Positions 13,301 to 24,100 of a stretch of 64,000 bases of DNA are shown here, piece by piece. The stretch is from Strigamia acuminata. Its lineage: Eukaryota. The stretch's first letter is position 1. Each line of letters begins with the position of its first letter. The notes under the pieces were generated by a model. It saw nothing but the letters and a program-made list of their open reading frames with translations, was not told where the DNA came from and made no database searches. The DNA lies in assembly GCA_949358305.1 (NCBI GenBank), contig OX442314.1, forward strand, positions 28,272,001-28,336,000, given 5' to 3'. Both the position numbers and the translations under genes were made by a program.

Positions 13301-16300
13301 ACATGGGTGGAGAATGATAGCCAGGCATGGTAAAATATAGGAAAAGGCATTAGGTTTGCGCAATAGGACTAGTTTAGGATGAATGCGGTGTTTAGGCGCA
13401 AAGAGAGAGAGAGGTTTGACATTCTCGTTCCACTGAACCAGGTGTTGGCAGTTCAGATGGAAGAGGAGAAGTGTGGTTATTGTGGTCAGCAAAGCTATAA
13501 GTAACCTCCTGGTCAGGTGATCAGAGGGCCAAACTATTTGTGTGAATAATTATTTATAAGAGGAGGGGGAAAGTAGAATTAACTGTGATTGTTGGAAATA
13601 AATGAGATGCGCAAGAAGCTTCATGCGCATATATTGTTAGAATGAGTCAGCATCAATGAGTCATTTAGGTTAAATAACATAGGAAATAATATATAAGATG
13701 TTGGAAGAGTTTAACTAATAAGAAAGAAAGGGGTAAGGTAAAAGAAACATGATGCGCAAAGAATTATTTGCGCCCATTCAAAGTAGAATAACTTAGGAAC
13801 ACTGAAATGAAATAACAGAGAGAAAAAGGTAGGAATAATATAAATTAAGAGAAATTAGAATGGGTTGTGAAAACCATGCCCATGACATCCCCCACCCTTT
13901 AAACTTTAATTACTTTGTTTGTAATTAAGGCAAAAAGAGAGAGCATGCGCACTCAAACGATACAATCATAATCAAAATAATCAAAAATAATACAATGAAA
14001 TTATAAATAATCAAAAATGAACATGTAACCAACTAAAATTACTGGTATAACTCAAAAAGTATTAAGAACAATTCAATATTCTTTTGACAAGTGACAATGA
14101 CATGACATGGACGATACGGGAGGACATGTACTTAAAGAGTTATGGGTCAGACATCACATGGACAGACTAAAAGGGACTCAAATCAATGATATTTTCATAA
14201 AATAAACAATAATAAAGGCATACCAAACCTAGAACATCAAATCATCAGAAATAACCATAAATGAAATTATAATGAATGAATTCTCGACCCGAGAATGAAA
14301 ACGAAAAAATCGTACTTGATGGTTTAGGTTGATGGCTATCACACTGAAAATCAGGATAAATGATAAAATTAAACAAAATAAATGAATGCACTTCAAAATA
14401 AAAGTCTTAATTGTTCGCTAACAGTCTTTTCGAAGCACAAAATCATAATAACTAAAATTAAACACTTCACAACGTTGAATTATCACTGTGATGAAACTTA
14501 TTTGCGCAAAAAACACTTACTGTTTCTAGCAGTTTGTAGAATATTAACACATATGAACACAAAGTTATTTGTTGAACACAAAATTTACGGATTTGAATTT
14601 GGCGGTCCATCGCTGAGTGATAACCCACGTGATTTTAGCTATCCTCAAATGGTTTCTAGATGGGCCGGGATCCGTAAATGTTTCAAGGTATTGGAGGCAA
14701 TGTTGACCACTATTTTCTGGGCCTTCTCACATGTGGTGGCCCCCCCGAAGGTTGATTTCAATTACAGTGGTCGAAAATCATCTCACCATACCTTTGAAAG
14801 ATCAAATCCAGGAATGGTTCCGTTTCAGTGGGTGGTATGCGCAAATCGGCATAGGCCAATGAGCGAAACAATTGCTTCTGCATATTGTTTGACATACCAA
14901 ATTACACACACACTCGGGTGCCCTGCATGAAATTGCAAATAATTCCAGATGCTGGCAAAGGCTGGGCATCAGCTCGAGTGTGACGGTCGATTAGAAAGTC
15001 ATCCCAACCATGTGGTCCTTGAAAGACACTAACAGCTGGGGCAAACATTGCATTGTAGGAAGCGGTGCTCTATATTTCTTTGTTGTTGTTGGGCAGCTTT
15101 CTTTGCAACGAATTTGGCAGCTTGTTTATCAGCAAACTGTCTGTATTCTGCCAATTGTACTTTATCAGTTGCGTTCTTGATGTCTTGTGGTCACTGTTAC
15201 TCTTCATTCTTTATGCGCAAATACTCCATGGCTCTGTTGTTGGTGTGGTGAAAACACTACAGGTGACTAAGATACTGCGCAATGGGATTTGCGCGTATGT
15301 AATCGGTCCAGGTGTCGATTTCGAAATGCTCACTGTGGGGTTGTTATAACACGGTGATGCCGTGACAACTCGTGGAACCTGTAGATGAATTCAAGTTATT
15401 AATTGCACTCGTTACTGGTTTAAGTGGTTATTGAGGTCGTTGAGGGCACACGATGATCATTGGAGAGCACATTCGTTCTTGTCGCCTATGATGGAGCCAA
15501 ATGATCCTTCAACAGTGCCGGCATTTGTGCACTTGACAATGGTCCTTTGGTCGTTGTTGATTGCTTTTAGCCAACGGATGGACTGGTTAATAATCTCGAT
15601 CTCGATTTGCTGCACATCTGTGATTTCCGCAGATAGTAGATTCAATTGCGCAACCATTGTTCCAAGCGTTGTTTTTCCAGGAATGTATCTGGCACAAGTT
15701 CTGAATGTTCATTGGCGATGTCCTTGGTCCAGTTACAAGCAAAGGCGACATTGGGAAAGTGTTCATGTATTTTTGCCCAATTTGATCATTCGGATTGATG
15801 TTGGCCATGTTGGTTTCCGCTCGAATGTGCCTATTTGCTCAACGACATATTTATATGTGAACAATAAATTCAACCACACATCACAATCGTTATTCACGAG
15901 ACACAAACAGAACACGCACACAACGTATAAAATATGTAGTTTGAAGAATAATCACACATTTCTCAGCGCGAACGCATCAAGAAATTCTTATGAACTAATA
16001 GTTGTTATCACATGCACATATGTGAGGGGAAAATCATAAACAAGTTGTTGTTGAGATTAAATTTCTATAGTTTAGTATAGAAGAGAAACTTCTAGTGAGA
16101 AGATGTAGAAACTCAAAGAATGTTAAACTGTGAGAGTTGCTTACCACATAGTTAAGTTTAGTCAGTTTAACTTGTGCTTGGAAACATAAAACATAAAAAC
16201 ATAAAACGAAAATAATTTTTTGCGAAAATGAAAACTGCGCATAGTGCATCACATTCGGTTTTTTTTTTTTTTTTTTTTTTGTATTGATATAAATATTTTA

Positions 16301-18109
16301 AACAAAATACTCGGTAAGGCTTTTTGGTTGTTGTAGCGCCGATGCTGTCGGTGGTATGGGCCCGAATCCACCGCATTTTCCAACTGTCTGTCTCTAGCAC
16401 TGGTTTTTGCTTGACGATGTCCAACCCGAGGTACAAAGTTCAACCCCATCCAAGATGACATTAACACGGGCTTAGGGGATGGGATTTGGACGTACACATT
16501 AGGTCCATTTGATCATCGGGTGGTGCTAGACATGATATTACTGACATTGATGTAGTAGTTGAACTCATGTTGGAATCAATGGAAATTAGTTAAGATGATG
16601 AAACAATGGGCAAGGGAAATAGTTCAAAAACAAGAGTAGGAAAGATTTAGTTACTTTGGTAACATAGAAGAAATAAATCAAAGTCCACGACGTTGGATTA
16701 TCGTCGCGGGGTTTTGCGCAATTTACAACACAAACACATAGAAGTTTTTAAGTTATTAAAGAAATATTTGCCCAATTGTAACACTTCAATAATCCGCAAC
16801 ACTGAACCGGCACCTAAACCGCCATATTGTTGAGCAACGAAAGTCTGTTGACACTACAACACTCGGTTGACGTCGCCGGGTCCAGTTGTCGTCGCCGGGT
16901 CCAGTTATCGTCGTGATTCGTCGGTGGTATTTCCAATCATTCTCATGAAATATCCTTGTCCCTAATTTAATCAATGCAAAAGTCAGAGTTCTATAATTAC
17001 GCCATATTGCATCTAGATGAAATTCAGGTTCAGAAATGCAAGCAGTCAGTCTCCGTGGGTATGCAGAGAAGCCATATTCATCTTTGTATCACAGTGGTCA
17101 AAGTTGCGGCAGATGGCTCAGCAGATTGAACTGAAGGACTCACATTGGTCTGGCTCAGATGAAGCATCAACGACTGTGGGTGGACTCAACACACTCAAAA
17201 TGGTGGTGGTATCTGGAATGTTTAGATCTTTGGACATCACAAGTATTAATCACAGAAATAATGACGATTTCGTAGCTGTCCTTAAAGTTCAGGCATCAAT
17301 GCAAACAATGGATCACATACCAATGCTGTTGGGTGCTCCAATACAATTGCTGAACTTGTAAAACTGTTTGCTGATGTTAAAAGGCGATAACACATTACCT
17401 TAACACGGCACACAACACCAAACACACCTGACAAACGGTAGTTCAATATAGTGTTGCTCTAACCAGGATAGTATGCGCAATTGAAATTGCGCTTTAAACA
17501 AGGAATGATAATCGTATATTCATGCTGCCTCTGCTGACACAAAGATCCGAAGGCAAGGTACCACTTGGCACCTTGCAGTAGTGTTTGCATACACTATAAG
17601 CCCCAGAAGTGACCTCAGATATGGAATCCTTAGTAGCAAAGTTCAGTGTTCCTCACATTTATGGCACAAAGATTCAGAGAATGGCGTACTGGATTCCAGT
17701 CCAGATCCATAGCAAACCAACTATTGTTTAGAAATAAGATGTGGGTGGTCTGAAAGGATACCTAGGTGACAGCTGGGTACTTCAGTTGGTTTGTTTGCCC
17801 AAATGGGGTCTCTTGATGCACAATGAGTAGAAACAAAGCTGCGCAGTAAAATCATGACCTGCCGCATCCCTGACAGCACATGGAGTACAGTAGACTTTTA
17901 ATTCAAAGTGAAACACCCAAATGCACGTCACAATGCTGATGGTCACCCTGAGCTGGAAGCCTATGATGGTGCTTACAGATTGTTTAATACTATGAATGAT
18001 TGGTAATAAACACTTGGAAAATAAAGGTGAAAGAATAAATTAAACAATAAAAACGATAAAACAATTAGAAACAAAGATAAACAAAAATATAGGTGGGTAG
18101 CACTATTTT

Positions 18110-18144
<35 letters not shown>

Positions 18145-21100
18145 GTTAAGAATGATATTGAAAAGATGTGAAATAAAATATTAAAGAAACAAAAACAGAA
18201 TGATTTAAAGTGATATTATAGTATTATGGTCCACTAACAATGATATTAGGGCTGACTAATTTAAAGGATCTTGAAAATTTCACTTGTTTGCAAGTCTGAA
18301 GCCATATTTGGATGTTATTTTCATATTGGCAGACAGGGGAATTAATTAATGACTATTTTTACAAATTCTATTCATGAAAATGGGGAAAAACTACATCATA
18401 TTTTCTTATGCATATCAAAATCTTGCGCGCTTATTTCAAATTATTCTAGATCTAAAAATAATATTTGAATAATTAAATATAGTGTTATCTCACGTGACCA
18501 TGGATCTGAATTCTGGGCATTGATGATTTCAGCGGCGCTTGTCAAGAGTTTGAAATGTGCATGTTCGGCTGATGAAATTTGTTCACTTCCTGTCCATTTC
18601 CTTTTAAGTTTTCCTTTTCACTTATCCTTTCTCCTCGTGGATGACCTTTTGATGATGTTCTTGGCATTAAAAGTTTATCTTTTTGGTCTTTCCTGACTAT
18701 AAGTTCTTGCACAATGATCCACATTAATTGGTGAACTCGGAAAAAAGGAATGATGAGGGATTTAGTCTTTGACTTGATGTCAACTGTCCGACAGGAGTAG
18801 GAATTCTAATTCTTCTTTGTCCTGCTAATGTATTTATCATCACTGGGGGTGATGTATTCAGTTCCAGTGAATTTTGAAGTTCTTCAGGCGATTCTATCAT
18901 AATGTGCGCATCCAATAAAGTGATCAAGTCTACTGGTGACACCTCTGATTTATCCCTGGCAATAGACTAATTAGGTTTCATTTTAGTGATTTTACTCACC
19001 AATTTGTCACAAATAGGAGTTTTCAAATCAATTGTCCATGAATTGTTTGTTTGATGAGATCAGGAACAACAGTCTCCAATGACTAGTCCAGACTCATTCG
19101 CATCCCTGCAAATGGAGTCATGTAAAGGCATCATTTAACGTTCCTTTCGGTTGCGCAATCTATCGAAAAGTTGTTTAGACATGGCACAGGTTTGAGCACG
19201 AGGATCAAGCAGTGCAACACAAAAAATGTCTGTGCACATAATCTTGATGTATGGTGCCTTGTTCTGTTGCGGATGTCTTCTCACAAATTCAATGATTAGC
19301 TTTGATGTTAATAGATGTCAGTTGGTTTTAAATCTTGTGATGAAGAAAATTCCTTTGATGAAAACTTCACAAATCCAACATCATCCAGAGCAGTTAGTTG
19401 GTTCCTTATGAATAGAAGACTAACACTTTCTCTGGAAATAAGGCTATGTGAATTAGACATTTTAAGAACAAATTTACAATTATTGGGTTCCTTAATCCTA
19501 GCACTAACAATTTCATTATTAGACTAAGAAATAAAGTTAGATTCAAATTCAATAATTCTAGCACTAGCAACTAGGTCAAGAATAGAATCAAAGTCACTGA
19601 TATTTAAAGTCAAATTCAGGAAAAATCAAAGCAGAATTTAAAAATTAAGATTAAAAATCAAAATTAAAAATTAAAATTAACAAAGTTCAAATTCAGAAAT
19701 GAGATTAATAACTTTATACTCCCTAGGAGTTGAGATTAAACATGATGAATGTTGATTGGACACTGTGATACTTCACTATTTCTAGAAAATGATGAAGTTG
19801 ATAATTAATTCATACTTCCCAGAGTTGCTAAACAGTGCCCTCGAATGATTGAGGCTATTGGGTCCTAGTTTGGCTCTCTAAGTTCACAATTCCTGGTTGG
19901 GTGCTTCCTTCCTTCCTTTGATCAAGTCCTAGAAGTAAATCTCGCAGAAAGGAAGAAAATACTTTAAACTAAGAACACTGTCCAACTCCTGGGAAAGTTG
20001 CAGAGTTAGAATCCCTCTTCAGCTGCAGCACTGTGGGATTTCTAATCTCGGCTGACAAATGTCTTTTAATCAGTGATCTTCTTGGGCTCGAGCAGCAAGA
20101 GATCAGGTGATGATGGAACATGTTCCCGGGTTTCTAGGAGTCTTGCGCGTGTTGGATCCGGTTGCTCCCTTCTTGGGTTGTCCATGCTGATCATTGACTT
20201 CCAATTGCTGGATTTATCCGGATGTTGAGTGTATTGTTGACTTCCAGAGGTAATGGTACCGGTCGTAACATTAAAAACTGCAACTAACTGTTTCAATAGT
20301 GGCGCAAGGCATCTAGATCTGGAGAACATGGGCAGGTTTGGTCTCTTCACCTCCTTCAACTCTTCAACAGGTTTAGTTATGATTGTGTTCCCCGGTGGCG
20401 TCATAATTGCACGGATTTGTTGCGCCGTGACAATTAGTACCCTGGTTTGATAATCAAAATTATTTAGAGTTGAACAATCATACGTACTTCCTGTTAGGAG
20501 TCCATTTTCAAATGATGTTGAGTGGCCTTGTTCCCTAATGAATCCATGTGGGGATCCACTTCCATGAAGCTGGGTAGTTTCAGGAATTTGGAGGGCTTAA
20601 GCCTTGTTGGAAAATGTTGCGCAATTCTTCCATAAAAATTCCGAGTCTGTGTGAAAGTCCGCTTACGTCCTTGGCAAGGTTAAAACTTCAGAAAATGGTG
20701 TTATTAAAGATGAATACCCTGGTGCATGTGCAATCCTCTCCATTGTAATCGGTATGCTGACACTGTTCAGTATGGGTGTAAAGTTATTCAATGTCACTAA
20801 TGGCGTCGAGGTATTTTTTGCGCTATCACGTGAAGGGCGGACATCTTGTCTTCTTCTTCATTTCAAACTCTTACCAATGCAGCAGAAATCCAAGCTCATC
20901 AGAATCTAAAAAGACTACGCAATAGGCACTGAGACACTAGGTGCTCAGCGCCGTTGCTTTCCAACCGACTCAACATGATAAACAATGAAAAATAATAATA
21001 ATATAAACTAAATATGATAGGAAAATATACTAGTGTTTCTCACGCTTGTATGCCTATGTAAGCAGCGAATCCTGTCAGGCTCGCCAAGTTGTCACGTCTG

Positions 21101-24100
21101 GAACTCAAGTTGATGTTTTTCCATGGTTGACTAATTAATTTGCGCAGTTGTTAAGTTCGCGCAAATGGGTCGCAGGCTCGTGAGAACGTTCGTAACAATG
21201 CCGCCGCGCAATATGGACGGTTGGCGGTAAAACGCTCTCAACTCGCTGTTATTACAACTAATATTTTTACGACAGGTTACTCTACTTACAGTTGATGTTG
21301 TTTGTAAGAATAAACGTGCACTGGGTCAAACTTCAACATGGGTGGAGAATGATAGCCAGGCATGGTAAAATATAGGAAAAGGCATTAGGTTTGCGCAATA
21401 GGACTAGTTTAGGATGAATGCGGTGTTTAGGCGCAAAGAGAGAGAGAGGTTTGACATTCTCGTTCCACTGAACCAGGTGTTGGCAGTTCAGATGGAAGAG
21501 GAGAAGTGTGGTTATTGTGGTCAGCAAAGCTATAAGTAACCTCCTGGTCAGGTGATCAGAGGGCCAAACTATTTGTGTGAATAATTATTTATAAGAGGAG
21601 GGGGAAAGTAGAATTAACTGTGATTGTTGGAAATAAATGAGATGCGCAAGAAGCTTCATGCGCATATATTGTTAGAATGAGTCAGCATCAATGAGTCATT
21701 TAGGTTAAATAACATAGGAAATAATATATAAGATGTTGGAAGAGTTTAACTAATAAGAAAGAAAGGGGTAAGGTAAAAGAAACATGATGCGCAAAGAATT
21801 ATTTGCGCCCATTCAAAGTAGAATAACTTAGGAACACTGAAATGAAATAACAGAGAGAAAAAGGTAGGAATAATATAAATTAAGAGAAATTAGAATGGGT
21901 TGTGAAAACCATGCCCATGACATTACATACAATAACAACTAAATTTACTTTTGAGTGATATTTGTCATTAGTGCTCAAAATTTTATTTGGTTTATAAACC
22001 TTTCGTGATTGGACGATATGTTGTGTGTATTATGATGGGCCCACACCTGCGTAATATTGCGATTTTGAAGCACGTTTCCGCGATGTTATTCAGATGTGAA
22101 CCCATCTTTAGCGGAATACTTACCAAAGTAGCAGCGTTCATTACTAGTTTATCCATCACAGGCGTTTGGAATCGCCACACATCTTCTATTGATGGTTTTT
22201 TATGATTTATAGTCATGTTCATTAAATTGATAAAATGAATCTTGCATTCATTCATGCCTATTTCTTTAGCATATGTGCGCCTGTATTTAGTCATTAAGGG
22301 TCCATCCATACATGCAATTAAATTGGGTAAATACAATGTGTGATTTTCTTGAATGATTACCACATATCTTGTCGGCTCACTCATATATAATGCAATTCTT
22401 TCTTTGCTCACATAAATTGCCAATATTGCAGAAGTAAATATAAGAATTAAATTCAATGTAGATTGCAGTAGAAGTTTTTTTTGTGGCTGCTGCATCACAC
22501 CTCGTGAATCACCTTTCTTTTTGTCGATGACCAAACGCATTTGCTTAGTAGTTTTCTTTTTTATGCTCGCTTTAAGTTGAGCAGGTCTGATGTATTTAGA
22601 CAAGATGAGAAGAAACATTTGTGCAATTTCAATTAAAGACAGAAGAGAAAATCCCAAAGAGAATCCCAAATTGCCTCCAAAATCGATCAATAAGTTTGGA
22701 ATGGTGTAAATGTAGGTTTCTGTCATTCTGACAAACAATTCTTCCAATACTTTAAGATTGAGACTTGTTAGACCTTTGCCATTTGGTTCATCTTGAAAAT
22801 CTAACATAAAACATAATAATTTTGAGAATGATGCATAAAAATAGAAGATATTATAGTTTAACTTGTATCAGAATAGAATATAAACAAATAAACATTCCGT
22901 TCACAAGGTCTCAAGCAACCACATTCAAACGATGGTAGTGTAGTTATTTCATGGAAATATGCTTCTTCATACATTTCAGCCACAATTGATTTGTTTGACT
23001 CTAAACTGCAATCCATCAAAGTTTTGCTGGACATAAAGGGGAACCTGGTAAGCCAAAAATCAATGAGTTTATCAATATTTAGATGTTGCATGCAATTAGA
23101 CCTGCATCGTTGAGGAGTTTTTTTCCTCACACAATCTTCGTAGCATTGGGTTTCCTTTTTCTTATCCGGTTCACAATAGGGATATCTCGAAGGTAAAAAT
23201 TGATACTACAAAAAAACAAATGCAGCATTACTATTGTTGGTGCTCCATCACAATAAACAAGATTGAAAAACTGGTATCTAGTATATTCAAACGTACCGTA
23301 CCGCCCCGTTTAAACGCCCGGGCGTTTAATTCTTTTTTTTAGCCGCCGCCCCCGGCGGCTATTTGAACTAAAATGAACCGGGCGCTTAACCAAATAAAAA
23401 GTGCCAAATTAGTTTTCGGGAAAATAAATGGTCAAAAACAGATTTCGTAGGCGCCAAAACGATGATTTCCCAGAAGAAATGAAGCAATTGAACAGTAAGA
23501 TGTTAATATATTTTACCGACGGGAAATAGTACCGTCATACATAACGTATTCGGCACTTTCGGTACGTTATCTGATCGTAATTTAACAATTACCCGGCGCC
23601 AATTTGAACCCCGGCGTTTATACGGGCCAGGCGCCTATAAACTTTTGTGGCGATGACTGCCAGGCGCTAAAACGGGGCGGGCGCTTGAATGAACCCGGGC
23701 GTTTAAACGGGGCGGTACGGTATACACTTTTGTAATGCACTACAAATTTCACAATATCTGCAACAGGTTAATTGAGCTTACACTTCGAATGAAAAATTGC
23801 ATATCAGATTCAATTCCTGACGCCACTGAGAAAGTATATTGGTAAGTCATGACGCCAACTACCGCTGTCATCTAATATTCAAGTGTGTAAAAATAAAAGT
23901 CTAAGTTACAAACTCCAATAAAATAGTAAAAGATGAAATTCTTACCGAAATCTGTGGGTTGACACAGTTGGTGCTATTCGTTTTAAAAAGCAAGTGTAAT
24001 TTCATGTTTAGTGCTAATTTTCGATCTGTAGAATTAGCCAAAAATATTAAACCTTCAAAATTATTTTATTTTGTTTTTATTTCTAACCAGAATTAAAGAC

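Noticed and set aside
14382..17361. Plus-strand ORFs (182, 202 and 114 aa) inside the dead LTR element as genes or env
   Set aside because: They are antisense to the element with no recognisable motifs, and are probably shadows of decayed minus-strand coding sequence.
21998..22000. Alternative exon 6 donor at AAAG|GTTTAT
   Set aside because: It gives phase 1, incompatible with the phase-0 start of exon 7; the TTG|GTAAGT donor at 22124 fits.
21992..22807. Stand-alone 271-aa gene as given by the ORF track
   Set aside because: It is exon 6 plus intron read-through; splice sites at 22800 and 22124 join in phase to the neighbouring exons in both paralogs.
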